From NCBI GenBank assembly GCA_034675825.1, contig JAUCCW010000002.1, positions 3,334,205-3,398,204 on the forward strand: a stretch of DNA of 64,000 nt, given 5' to 3'. The notes below the pieces were generated by a model that did not search any database, had not been told where the DNA came from, and saw only the letters and a program-made list of their open reading frames with translations. The DNA is from Thauera sp. (GTDB taxonomy: Bacteria > Pseudomonadota > Gammaproteobacteria > Burkholderiales > Rhodocyclaceae). Both the position numbers and the translations under genes were made by a program. Below, piece after piece: positions 1 to 12,426 of the stretch. How positions within the stretch are numbered: the first letter of the stretch is position 1; each line of letters starts with the position of its first letter.

Positions 1-936
<936 letters not shown>

Positions 937-1024
937 GCGCCATCAGGGTGCGCCTGTTCGTAGGTCGCACCCGATTCACTACTTGCGCCACCTGCGGGTG
1001 GCGTTTCAATGTTCGGAGTCCCCC

Positions 1025-1342
1025 ATGGCTTTTGCCGACAAGCTCAAGACGCTGCCGCGCGTGTCGCATCTCGCGGCGCTGAACCTGATCGACGCGGATG
1101 ATGTGGTCGTGGCCACGATCGAGAATAAACCCGGGCAAACCGGCTCGCTGGCTGTGTATAACCACCTCGCCCAGCTCTACGGCGCGATCTCGCCGGAAGC
1201 AGCGAAGAAGGGCATGGAGCTCTATGCCGAGCACACCGAGGATGCGCGTGCGCATCCTGGCAAACATCCCAACATCGACCGTCTGATCGGTCTGATCGAG
1301 CGCGCCGAGACGCTGCGAGTGAAGCAGATTTTCGCCGTATAG
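1025..1342 (+). CDS. DUF2322 family protein
   Basis: IENKPGQTGSLAVY and HTEDARAHPGKHPNIDRL motifs typical of DUF2322. Confidence 0.8.
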   Translation: MAFADKLKTLPRVSHLAALNLIDADDVVVATIENKPGQTGSLAVYNHLAQLYGAISPEAAKKGMELYAEHTEDARAHPGKHPNIDRLIGLIERAETLRVKQIFAV

Positions 1343-1397
1343 GTTTTTATGGGCCTTTAGCCGAGGGCGAAGCAACAGGATCACGCATCAAACACAA

Positions 1398-1585
1398 GGC
1401 CGTGGGGCGGGCCAGCGCACGCCAACTTCATCAGCGCCGAGGTGGAGGGCGGCGCGGGGGACCTAAGGCGACGCCTGTCTGAGGAGCGCAGCGACGAGTT
1501 CGCGTCGCCGCCCCCGCGACGTTCTCTACCGAGGGCAGCCGCAGGCCGCGAATGCAGGCGGCGAGCGCTGGCCCGCCCCACGGCC
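1398..1585. repeat. REP/MITE-like palindromic element with perfect 21-bp terminal inverted repeats and nested internal stems
   Basis: GGCCGTGGGGCGGGCCAGCGC (1398-1418) is the exact reverse complement of 1565-1585; internal GCGGGGG/CCCCCGC and GGCGACGC/GCGTCGCC pairs. Confidence 0.75.
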
Positions 1586-1625
1586 AGACCGTAGGCACGA
1601 TCACTCCGTCTTCCCACCCCAGCAA

Positions 1626-1655
1626 CGAAAAAGGCACCATCTGGTGCCTTTTTCG
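1626..1655. terminator. bidirectional intrinsic terminator between convergent DUF2322 gene and secF
   Basis: CGAAAAAGGCACC-ATCT-GGTGCCTTTTTCG perfect hairpin with A/T tracts on both sides. Confidence 0.85.
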
Positions 1656-1681
1656 TATTTGAATCGAGCAAGAAGCTGCGC

Positions 1682-2614
1682 TCAAACCACCGCTTCTTCC
1701 TTCTCCTTCTTCGGCTTCACGAACTGCTCGCGTGAAGCGCCCAGCCACATCACCAGCGGGCTGGCGACCAGCACCGAGGAGTAGATGCCGAACAGAATGC
1801 CGACCGTGAGCGCGAGCGAGAAGTAGTACAGCGTCTCGCCGCCAAAGAACAACATCGACAACACCATGATCTGGGTACTGCCGTGCGTGATCACGGTGCG
1901 CGAAATGGTGCTGGTGATGGCGTGGTCCAATACCTGCGACGTGGTCAAATCACGGCGTTTCTTGAAAGTCTCGCGTACGCGGTCGAAGACCACCACCGAC
2001 TCGTTCACCGAATAACCCAGCACCGCCAAGATGGCTGCCAGCACTGGTAGCGAAAATTCCCACTGGAAGAACGCGAAGAAGCCCAGGATGATGATGACGT
2101 CGTGAAGGTTCGCAATGATTGCCGACACCGCGAAGCGCCACTCGAAGCGCATCGCCAAGTACAGCATGATGCCGATGATCACCAGCAGCAGCGCCATCGC
2201 ACCGTCGGATGCGAGCTCCTTGCCGACCTGAGGCCCGACGAACTCCACACGGCGCAGTTCGGGCGCTGACCCGGTCTGTGCCTGCAGCACTTCCATCACT
2301 TTTTCCGAGACGTTGGTGGTGTCCATGCCTTCACGATCCGGCAGGCGGATCAGCACGTCGCGTGAGCTGCCAAAGTTCTGCACTTGCGCGTCGGCATAGC
2401 CGCTGGCAGACAGCCCCTGACGGATCGGTTCGAGCGGTGGCGCCTCGGCGTAGCTCACCTCCATCAGCGTGCCGCCGGTGAACTCCACCGAAAGGTGAAG
2501 CCCGCGCGTGGCGAGGAAGAACACCGCCAGCACGAAGGTGATCAACGAAATGACGTTGAACACCAGCGCGCGGCTCATGAAGGGAATGTCCTTCTTGATG
2601 CGGAAGAATTCCAT
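1682..2614 (-). CDS. secF: protein translocase subunit SecF
   Basis: SVEFTGG, VGPQVG, GYSVNESVVVFDRVRE motifs; adjacent to secD. Confidence 0.97.
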   Translation of the reverse strand: MEFFRIKKDIPFMSRALVFNVISLITFVLAVFFLATRGLHLSVEFTGGTLMEVSYAEAPPLEPIRQGLSASGYADAQVQNFGSSRDVLIRLPDREGMDTTNVSEKVMEVLQAQTGSAPELRRVEFVGPQVGKELASDGAMALLLVIIGIMLYLAMRFEWRFAVSAIIANLHDVIIILGFFAFFQWEFSLPVLAAILAVLGYSVNESVVVFDRVRETFKKRRDLTTSQVLDHAITSTISRTVITHGSTQIMVLSMLFFGGETLYYFSLALTVGILFGIYSSVLVASPLVMWLGASREQFVKPKKEKEEAVV

Positions 2615-2641
2615 GATTACTTTTCCTTTCGCCTCAGACGC

Positions 2642-4504
2642 TTACTTGCTCGGTTTCCAGACCTGGCCGATCGACAGCGAGTTGACCTTGCGGCGGCGGC
2701 CGTAGATGAAGTTGATCAGCATGCGCGACACCAGGATGGCACTGAACATCGAAGTCAGGATGCCCAGGCAATGCACGACCGCGAAACCGCGCACCGGACC
2801 CGAGCCGAAAACCAGCAGTGCGATACCGGCGATCAGGGTCGTGACGTTGGAGTCGAGAATAGTGTCCCAGGCGCGGTCGTAGCCGGCGGCGATCGCCGCT
2901 TGCGGACTTGAGCCGTTGCGCAGTTCCTCGCGAATGCGCTCGTTGATGAGCACGTTGGCGTCGATCGCCATGCCCAGGGTGAGTGCCATCGCAGCAATGC
3001 CTGGCAGCGTCAGCGTGGCCTGCAACAACGACAGCAAGGCCAGCAACAGCAACAGGTTGGCCGCCAGAGCGATGCTCGACACCACGCCGAACAACATGTA
3101 GTAGGCGCACATGAACACGGCGATGGCGATGAAGCCCCACAGCGTCGAGTTGAAGCCCTTCTGGATATTCTCCGCGCCCAGGCTGGGGCCTACCGTGCGC
3201 TCCTCGATGATCTCCATCGGCGCTGCCAGTGAGCCGGCGCGCAGCAGCAGCGCGACGTCATTGGCCTCGGTAGTGGTCATGCGACCGGAGATCTGTACCC
3301 GACCGCCGCCGATCTCGCTGCGGATGACCGGTGCGGTGACGACTTCGCCCTTGCCCTTTTCGATGAGCAGGATGGCCATGCGTTTGCCTACGCTCTCGCG
3401 CGTGACGTCGCGGAAAATTCGTGCACCAGCCGCATCCAGGGTCAGATGCACGGCTGCTTCATTGGTCTGGCCATCGAAGCCGGGCTGGGCGTCAGTGAGA
3501 CGGTCGCCGGTCAGCACCACCTCCTTCTTCACCAGCAGCGGCGAGCCGCCGCGTTCCGTGTACAGCTCGGTGCCAAAAGGGATGCTGCCGTTGAGCGCCT
3601 GCTCGAGTTGGCCCGGGGTGTCGTCGACCATGCGCACTTCCAGCGTTGCGGTGCGACCCAGGATGTCCTTGGCCTTGGCCACGTCCTGCACGCCAGGCAG
3701 TTGAACCACGATGCGATCGGTGCCTTGTTGCTGAATGACGGGTTCGGCGACGCCCAGTTCGTTGATGCGGTTGTGCAAGGTGGTGATGTTCTGCTTGATG
3801 GCGAAGTCGCGCATCGTTTGCTGCGCCTGCGCGGTCAGCGTGGCGATCAACTTGAGGTCTTCCGAGCCGTCGTCACGGTCGGCCACTTGCAGGTCGGCGG
3901 TGCTGTTCTGGATGGCGCGACGGCCGGCTTCGCGTTGCTCGGCGTCACGGAAGCGCACGACTACGGTAGTGCCTTCACGCGTGATGCCGGCGTGGCGCAC
4001 GCTCTTGTCGCGCATCAGGGTGCGCAGGTCGCCGGTGGTGGAGTCGAGACGTTTGGTCAGCGCACCCGGCATATCCACCTGCAGCAGGAAGTGCACGCCG
4101 CCGCGCAGGTCCAGACCAAGGTACATCGGCAGGGCGTGAATCGAGGTCAGCCAGGCGGGTGAGGCTGAGAGCAGATTCAGGGCGACGACGTAGGACGGGT
4201 CCGCGGCCTCGGGGTTGAAGGCGCGCTCGATGGCATCCTTGGCACGCAATTGCACGTCAGTGCTGGCAAAGCGGGCGCGCACGGTGTTGAGGTCGGCGAA
4301 GATGCCGTCATGTTCGATGCCGGCTTCCTTGAGCGCGCCAGCCATGCGCTCGGACACCGTACCGGGGTCAAGCTTGAGCGTGGCCTTGGCGCTGGACACC
4401 TGGACCGCGGGAACCTCGCCATAGAGATTGGGCAAGGTGTAGATCAGACCCCACACCAGCACGAGGCCAATGAGGAGGTTCTTCCAGAGAGGATATCGAT
4501 TCAT
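2642..4504 (-). CDS. secD: protein translocase subunit SecD
   Basis: MNRYPLWK start, LGLDLRGGVHF, RINELGVAEP, GPSLGAENI, DANVLINERIREE. Confidence 0.97.
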   Translation of the reverse strand: MNRYPLWKNLLIGLVLVWGLIYTLPNLYGEVPAVQVSSAKATLKLDPGTVSERMAGALKEAGIEHDGIFADLNTVRARFASTDVQLRAKDAIERAFNPEAADPSYVVALNLLSASPAWLTSIHALPMYLGLDLRGGVHFLLQVDMPGALTKRLDSTTGDLRTLMRDKSVRHAGITREGTTVVVRFRDAEQREAGRRAIQNSTADLQVADRDDGSEDLKLIATLTAQAQQTMRDFAIKQNITTLHNRINELGVAEPVIQQQGTDRIVVQLPGVQDVAKAKDILGRTATLEVRMVDDTPGQLEQALNGSIPFGTELYTERGGSPLLVKKEVVLTGDRLTDAQPGFDGQTNEAAVHLTLDAAGARIFRDVTRESVGKRMAILLIEKGKGEVVTAPVIRSEIGGGRVQISGRMTTTEANDVALLLRAGSLAAPMEIIEERTVGPSLGAENIQKGFNSTLWGFIAIAVFMCAYYMLFGVVSSIALAANLLLLLALLSLLQATLTLPGIAAMALTLGMAIDANVLINERIREELRNGSSPQAAIAAGYDRAWDTILDSNVTTLIAGIALLVFGSGPVRGFAVVHCLGILTSMFSAILVSRMLINFIYGRRRKVNSLSIGQVWKPSK

Positions 4505-4619
4505 CGTCGGCAGCAAACAGTATTGCACCGCGCCGCAGCGCGAGCCTGCATCGGCAGGGCCGCTTGCACACGGTGCTGCGCGGCGCCGGAGACTGGCTCC
4601 GGGCGCCGCGGCAATGGAA

Positions 4620-4943
4620 TTACAAGGACTTCAGCGTGCCCTTGGGCAGAACTGTGGCAACGGCCTGTTTTTGCACCGCGATCACCGTGTTGGGGGCGAT
4701 CTCGACCTGTACGAAGCTGTCGCCAACCTCAGTCACGCGGCCGGCGATGCCGCCGCCCGTCACCACCTCGTCACCGCGGGTGAGCGCCTCGACCAGCGCC
4801 TTGTGCTCTTTTGCGCGCTTCATCTGGGGCCGGATCATCAGGAACCACAGCACCACGAACATCAGGACCAGGGGTAGCAGGCCCATCAGGCCATTACTTG
4901 GGTCGCCGCCCGCGGCTTGGGCGTAGGCATTGGAAATCAGCAC
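4620..4943 (-). CDS. yajC: preprotein translocase subunit YajC
   Basis: FLMIRPQMKRAKEH, GDEVVTGGGI; upstream of secD. Confidence 0.96.
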   Translation of the reverse strand: MLISNAYAQAAGGDPSNGLMGLLPLVLMFVVLWFLMIRPQMKRAKEHKALVEALTRGDEVVTGGGIAGRVTEVGDSFVQVEIAPNTVIAVQKQAVATVLPKGTLKSL

Positions 4944-5064
4944 GTCATTTACTCCGGGTTAGCGAAAAAAACACGCGATTATAGCAGTAGCCGCAACGCT
5001 CTCCGGGGTGCTGAAGGACTGACTGCAATTGCAGGCTTGCGAAGATCGGCTCAAGGGAGCGTAC

Positions 5065-7231
<2,167 letters not shown>

Positions 7232-7274
7232 CAAGGGTCCTGCGGTGTCGGCAGCACGGGGCACAACGTCCGGC

Positions 7275-7310
7275 TTGCTGCAATGAGCAATATTCGTGGA
7301 TAATGCGCGC
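7275..7310 (+). promoter_or_regulatory. putative sigma70 promoter of tRNA-Leu with GC-rich discriminator
   Basis: TTGCTG (-35-like) then GATAAT (-10-like) followed by GCGCGCC, just before the tRNA 5' end. Confidence 0.5.
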
Positions 7311-7317
7311 CTTCCCT

Positions 7318-7402
7318 GCCGGGATGGCGGAATCGGTAGACGCAGCGGATTCAAAATCCGCCGCCGCAAGGTGTGGGGGTTCGAGTCCCCCTCCCGGCAC
7401 CA
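7318..7402 (+). tRNA. tRNA-Leu (anticodon CAA)
   Basis: GCCGGGA acceptor stem pairs with TCCCGGC; anticodon arm GCGGA-TTCAAAA-TCCGC; long variable arm; GGTTCGAGTCC T-loop; encoded CCA; 85 nt. Confidence 0.96.
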
Positions 7403-7619
7403 TCATCGCGCTCTTCAGCGCACCTGCTTGCCCCTTGGGCGAACGGCCCTTGATGGGCCATGTTCCCGCCGCGTCAGGGGCGAGATTCTGGATCATCCGC
7501 AGGCGCAATGGCAAATCTTGCTACGCTGCCTGCCCAGCGTGCGCTTGTTCGCCGCTGCTTTTCTGGCTTTGCGTCGCACGTTCTCGGTTTCACCTCAGTT
7601 TTGCGCTGCTTGTTTGCTA

Positions 7620-7725
7620 GCGCGCTGATCGTGCGCCCGGAACGTTCTGCCGCGCGCACGATCTCACCAGCTCGAACTACCGTCCAAAAGTGATGCAGCT
7701 GCTTACAGTTGATCGCGGCGCTCGT
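7620..7725 (-). pseudogene. remnant of the HTH N-terminus of an NhaR-like LysR regulator
   Basis: Minus strand reads AAINCKQLHHFWTVVRAGEIVRAAERSGRTISA, resembling NhaR-type LNYKHLHYFWxVxxxGxIxRAxERLHLTPQTISGQ; start codon appears to be ACG; similarity ends after about 33 codons. Confidence 0.65.
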
Positions 7726-7869
7726 CCTGGAGGGTGAACACTTCGTAAAAAACGGATAAACGTTCTGGTGAACTGATATTTATTCGAAGAGTTTGAGGTT
7801 TAGTATTTACCGGGCGTAGAGCTTGATGATCGCCTGATGGTGATACGCAACTACTCAAGGAGGTTCTAC

Positions 7870-8217
7870 ATGCGAATCGATCTGCTTTGTGACGACGCTG
7901 AAGCCACTCCCGTCCTGCGCGACTACGTGACTCGGCGGATGAGCCTCGCAATGGGACGGTTTCGGAACCATATTCAATGGGCGCGGGTGAAGGTTGCCGA
8001 TGTCAGTGGGCCACAAGGCGGCAGCGACAAGCGTTGCGTGGTACAACTGCGCTTGCGCAAGCTGCCAGACGTCGTTTTCGCCATCACTCAGCTCGATGTG
8101 CGTGCGGCGATTGATGAGGCCGCCGAGCGCGTGGCGCGGGTGCTGGCACAGCGCGTACGGCGCACTCAGAGCGCTGAGCGCAACCGTATGGCGCCCACGC
8201 AGGTCTTGCCGGCCTGA
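7870..8217 (+). CDS. HPF/RaiA family ribosome-associated protein
   Basis: LRDYVTRRMSLAMGRF, V-x-DVSGPQGGSDKRC; SD AAGGAGG at 7858-7864. Confidence 0.85.
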   Translation: MRIDLLCDDAEATPVLRDYVTRRMSLAMGRFRNHIQWARVKVADVSGPQGGSDKRCVVQLRLRKLPDVVFAITQLDVRAAIDEAAERVARVLAQRVRRTQSAERNRMAPTQVLPA

Positions 8218-8305
8218 ACTCGATAGAGCGCGTTCAAGGTCGTTTGGCCCGCCGCTTCGGCTTGGGCTTTCAAAACAAAATTCTTCTCCTGGAGTAAACG
8301 AAATC

Positions 8306-8971
8306 ATGGAAAACCGATTTTCGACGATGACACGCTCCGAAGTCTCGGTGCTGTCGACCAACAAGGTCATCCGCAATACCTACATGTTGCTGTCGCTGAC
8401 GCTGGCCTTTTCCGCGGTGATGGCTGCAATCTCAATGTCCATGGGTGCGCCGCGCCTGGGTATCGTGGTGACCTTGGTCGGGTATTTCGGTCTGCTGTTT
8501 GCAACAAGCAAGTTCCGCAACAGTGGCTTGGGCGTGCTGTTCGTGTTTGCGCTCACCGGCTTCATGGGCTTCACGCTTGGCCCGATCATCTCGGCCTATT
8601 TGTCGATGCCCAATGGCAGCAGCATCGTGATGCAGGCGATGGCAGGCACGGCGGCGATCTTTCTGGGTCTGTCGGCCTACGCGGTGACGACGAAGAAGGA
8701 CTTCTCCTTCATGGGGGGCTTCCTCATGGTCGGCATTCTGGTGGCCTTTCTGGCTGGCCTGGGTGCGATCTTCTTCCAGATCCCGGCCTTGTCGCTGACC
8801 GTTTCCGCGGCCTTCGTGATGTTGATGTCCGGCCTGATCCTGTATGAGACGAGCAACATCATCAACGGTGGTGAAACCAATTACGTGATGGCGACGGTGA
8901 CGCTCTTCGTGTCGATCTTCAACCTCTTCACCAGCCTCCTGCACCTGCTGGGCTTCATGAGTAACGACTGA
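8306..8971 (+). CDS. yccA: Bax inhibitor-1/YccA family membrane protein
   Basis: NKVIRNTYMLLSLTL, FTGFMGFTLGP, ETNYVMATVTLFVSIFNLF. Confidence 0.92.
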   Translation: MENRFSTMTRSEVSVLSTNKVIRNTYMLLSLTLAFSAVMAAISMSMGAPRLGIVVTLVGYFGLLFATSKFRNSGLGVLFVFALTGFMGFTLGPIISAYLSMPNGSSIVMQAMAGTAAIFLGLSAYAVTTKKDFSFMGGFLMVGILVAFLAGLGAIFFQIPALSLTVSAAFVMLMSGLILYETSNIINGGETNYVMATVTLFVSIFNLFTSLLHLLGFMSND

Positions 8972-8995
8972 TCGTCGCAGCGCTGTAAGTGTTCG

Positions 8996-9028
8996 CGGGG
9001 TGGCTGCTACGGTGCGGCCACCCCGTTT
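8996..9028 (+). terminator. intrinsic terminator after yccA
   Basis: CGGGGTGGC...GCCACCCCG stem followed by TTTGTTT. Confidence 0.65.
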
Positions 9029-9136
9029 GTTTATTGGCCGACGAGATGGACAGCGGCGGTGTCGATGAGCAGCGAGCGGCGCGATTCGCTCCGTGTGGCG
9101 CTACAATGGCGCACATTTTTCAGTGGGAATGCTTGG

Positions 9137-10102
9137 ATGAAGACCACTTTTCTGGATTTCGAACAGGCGGTTGCGGAGCTGGAAGCCAAGATCGACCAGT
9201 TGCGCTTCGTATCGGATGATCCCGCTGTGGACATCTCCACAGAGATTGCCCGCCTAGAAGCCAAGAGTCAGTCCATGACCAAGGACATCTACGCCAAGCT
9301 CTCGCCATGGCAGATCGCCCAGGTCGCCCGCCATCCGCAGCGGCCGTATACGCTCGATTACGCGCAGCACATCTTTACCGACTTCGAAGAACTGCACGGC
9401 GATCGCTCGTATGCTGATGACAAGGCAATTGTTGGCGGTCTGGCGCGTTTCAATGGCGAAAGCTGCGTCATCATCGGTCACCAGAAGGGGCGCGACACGA
9501 AAGAGAAGATCGTGCGCAACTTCGGCATGCCGCGGCCCGAGGGCTATCGCAAGGCGATGCGGCTGATGAAGTTGGCGGAGAAATTCGGCCTGCCGGTGTT
9601 TACCTTCATCGACACGCCGGGCGCCTATCCGGGTATCGGCGCTGAGGAACGCGGCCAGTCTGAGGCGATCGGCCACAGTCTGTATCTGATGGCCGAGCTG
9701 CGCGTGCCCATCATCAGCACCATCATCGGTGAAGGCGGCTCGGGTGGCGCGTTGGCGATCGCGGTCGGCGATCAAGTACTGATGTTGCAATACTCGACTT
9801 ATTCGGTGATTTCGCCCGAAGGTTGTGCCTCCATCCTGTGGAAGAGCGCCGACAAGGCGGCTGATGCTGCGGAGACGATGGGCATCACGGCCGCGCGCCT
9901 GAAATCGCTCAGCCTCGTCGACAAGGTCGTCAATGAGCCGGTCGGTGGCGCTCACCGCGACCATCGTGCGATGGCCACCTCGCTCAAGCGTGCGCTCGCC
10001 GATGCCCTGCGTCAGGTGGACCACATGCCGCCGTCCGAGCTCGTGGCGCAGCGCTACGAAAAACTCATGGGCTACGGCCGTTTCAAGGAAGTGGCGGTCT
10101 GA
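9137..10102 (+). CDS. accA: acetyl-CoA carboxylase carboxyltransferase alpha subunit
   Basis: [42 protein letters not shown]. Confidence 0.97.
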   Translation: MKTTFLDFEQAVAELEAKIDQLRFVSDDPAVDISTEIARLEAKSQSMTKDIYAKLSPWQIAQVARHPQRPYTLDYAQHIFTDFEELHGDRSYADDKAIVGGLARFNGESCVIIGHQKGRDTKEKIVRNFGMPRPEGYRKAMRLMKLAEKFGLPVFTFIDTPGAYPGIGAEERGQSEAIGHSLYLMAELRVPIISTIIGEGGSGGALAIAVGDQVLMLQYSTYSVISPEGCASILWKSADKAADAAETMGITAARLKSLSLVDKVVNEPVGGAHRDHRAMATSLKRALADALRQVDHMPPSELVAQRYEKLMGYGRFKEVAV

Positions 10103-10103
10103 C

Positions 10104-11432
10104 ATGTTGCTGCAGGCTGCCGCTCGCGCGCTGATGGCCGCGGGCGTCGGCCCGGGCGCACGCTTGTGTTGCGCACTGTCGGGCGGGGTCGACTCGGTCG
10201 TTGTGCTTGATGTGCTGTACGCCCTGGCGCCACGCTTCGGTTTTTCCTTGCAGGCTGCACATGTGCACCATGGCCTGAGCCCGCATGCAGATGCCTGGGC
10301 GCAGGCCTGCGTCGCACGTTGCGCGCAGCTTGAGGTCCCTTTTTCCTTGTTCCGGGTTTCGGTTGCGCGCGACGCACGCGATGGACTCGAAGCAGCGGCT
10401 CGAGATCAGCGCCACGCCGCGCTCGATGGCGTCGCCTGCGACTGGCTGGTTTTCGGCCACCATCAGGATGATCAGGCTGAAACCCTGTTGTTTCGTTTGC
10501 TGCGTGGCAGCGGCGTGCGCGGGGCGGCGGCGATGACGGTGGTCGATCCGCCGTGCACTGCCCGTCCGGGACGCCTGCGTCCCTTGCTCGATTGTTCGCG
10601 CTCGACCATCGAGGCCTGGGCGCGTGATCGCGGCCTGACCTGGGTCGAAGACGAGAGTAACGCGCGGCTCGATTTCAGCCGCAATCATCTGCGTCATCGC
10701 GTGCTCCCTGTCATTGGTGAGCGTTTTCCTGCGGCGACGGCTACGCTCGCACGCGCGGCTGAGCATTTCCGTGAAGCGAGCGTGCTGCTCGATGAACTCG
10801 CGGCGCTCGATCAGTCCGCCTGTGGTGGCCAGCCCTTGCAGCATGAGCGGGTGCTTGCGCTGAGCGATGCCCGTGTTGCCAATCTGTTGCGCTGGCTGGT
10901 GCGGCAGGATGATTTTCGTGCCCCGTCGCGCTCGCGTCTGGCCGAGGCCTTGCGACAACTGCGCGCTGTGCTCGCTTCTCATCCGCTACGCATTGAGCTC
11001 GGGGACATGGCGTGCTGCGCCTACCGTGGGCAGTTGTGGCTGGAGCCCACTGCGCTTGAGGCTTTGCTGCCACAGCATTGGTCGGGCAGCGACACTGTGC
11101 GTTGGGGAGCCGGTGAGGTCCATTTTCTTCCGCGCCCTGGGGAGGGCATCGCGCGCGCCGTGCTCGACAGTGCTGGAGAGGTGGTGCTGAGCACACGCCG
11201 GCCGGGCCTGCGCATGCGTGTGGGCGTTGGGCGACCGCGGCGCAGCTTCAAGAAGCTGTGCCAGGAAGCGGATATTCCGGCCTGGATGCGCGACCGCCTG
11301 CCGGTGTTGTGGGTCGATGGCGAGCCGGCCTGGATCGGCGGTATCGGGTTCGCGGCGGATTTCACCTGCCCTGCGTCGCACGCGGGACTGGTGCCGCAAT
11401 GGCGGAAATGGCAGGGGAGGTCGCAGACGTAG
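10104..11432 (+). CDS. tilS: tRNA(Ile)-lysidine synthetase
   Basis: SGGVDS PP-loop, HVHHGL, GHHQDDQAET; follows accA. Confidence 0.95.
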   Translation: MLLQAAARALMAAGVGPGARLCCALSGGVDSVVVLDVLYALAPRFGFSLQAAHVHHGLSPHADAWAQACVARCAQLEVPFSLFRVSVARDARDGLEAAARDQRHAALDGVACDWLVFGHHQDDQAETLLFRLLRGSGVRGAAAMTVVDPPCTARPGRLRPLLDCSRSTIEAWARDRGLTWVEDESNARLDFSRNHLRHRVLPVIGERFPAATATLARAAEHFREASVLLDELAALDQSACGGQPLQHERVLALSDARVANLLRWLVRQDDFRAPSRSRLAEALRQLRAVLASHPLRIELGDMACCAYRGQLWLEPTALEALLPQHWSGSDTVRWGAGEVHFLPRPGEGIARAVLDSAGEVVLSTRRPGLRMRVGVGRPRRSFKKLCQEADIPAWMRDRLPVLWVDGEPAWIGGIGFAADFTCPASHAGLVPQWRKWQGRSQT

Positions 11433-11498
11433 GCCGGTGTCAGGAGCTCGTCGTGAGCCCTCGCGGGCCCTGACTTCAACGCAGCTGTCCGGCCCCGG

Positions 11499-12278
11499 TC
11501 AGCGGGATTCGTCGAGCAGGAAGGAGATCGCGTCGCGCCACCACAGCGCGTTGACGCGATACGGCCAGTCGTTATGCTCGGCCCCCACCATCACGGTCAG
11601 TTGCTTGGAGCCCGCCAGGGCTTGATAGAGCGCCTCGCCGAAGCGGGCGGGCACGATGCTGTCGCGTTCGGCGACCGCCACCAGGACCCTGCGCTCGAAG
11701 CTCGCCAGATGAGCCAGACTGTCGTAACGGTCCTGCAGCAGCCATTTCACCGGCAGCCAGGAGTAGTGGAAGCGGGTAAGGTTCTCCAGCCGGTCCCATG
11801 GTGTGATCAGCAGCAGCCCCACCGCCCGCTCGCGCTGGCTCACGCTCGCAGCCGCCACCACGGCGGCCCCCAGCGATTCGCCGACGAGCAACAGAGGTTC
11901 GCCATAGAGCTGATGTGCGAGCGCGATGGTCTGTTCGGCATCGGCGACGAAAGGCTTTTCGCCCACCTCGCCGCCGCGCGGACCGTAGCCCGGGTACTCG
12001 GCGAGGATCACGCGCAGGCCCAGCGGGACGAGCGCGGTGGCGTAGAAGTCGCGGTGACCGGCATGTCCGGCATTGCCGTGAAAGACGATCACCGTGGCGC
12101 GTACCGGGCCCGCTGGTTCTACCACCAGTCCGCGAAAGCCCTCGGGCGTTGGCCAGGCATGCAGGCGGTCGGTGATGAGCTCCGACAGCGGAGCCTTGTC
12201 GGGAAAGTAGAGCAAACGGTCCTGAAACACGGTGATCCCGGCAATCATCAGCACAAGGGCGATAGTCAGTCGCAACAT
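11499..12278 (-). CDS. alpha/beta hydrolase (BEM46/ABHD13-like)
   Basis: FQDRLLYFP, VFHGNAG, YPGYG, GESLG nucleophile elbow, GAEHND. Confidence 0.9.
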   Translation of the reverse strand: MLRLTIALVLMIAGITVFQDRLLYFPDKAPLSELITDRLHAWPTPEGFRGLVVEPAGPVRATVIVFHGNAGHAGHRDFYATALVPLGLRVILAEYPGYGPRGGEVGEKPFVADAEQTIALAHQLYGEPLLLVGESLGAAVVAAASVSQRERAVGLLLITPWDRLENLTRFHYSWLPVKWLLQDRYDSLAHLASFERRVLVAVAERDSIVPARFGEALYQALAGSKQLTVMVGAEHNDWPYRVNALWWRDAISFLLDESR

Positions 12279-12426
12279 GCATGAAGTATATCGCCAGCAC
12301 ATTGCTTCATTCGGTCTCGAGATGTCGGCGCAGGCGGACGCATTCGATTCGGACGAATTCATCGGCCTACAATGGGGCCTCGACCCACGTGAGAGTACGA
12401 GAACTCGACTTCGAGGCTGAATCGAC

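Noticed and set aside
7380-7402. tRNA-Leu 3' end duplicated as an island att site
   Set aside because: I found no second copy in the window by eye, and no integrase is present.
8218-8305. Structured leader or riboswitch upstream of yccA
   Set aside because: Only a small GCCG-CTT-CGGC hairpin is visible; I cannot match a known motif without a covariance model.
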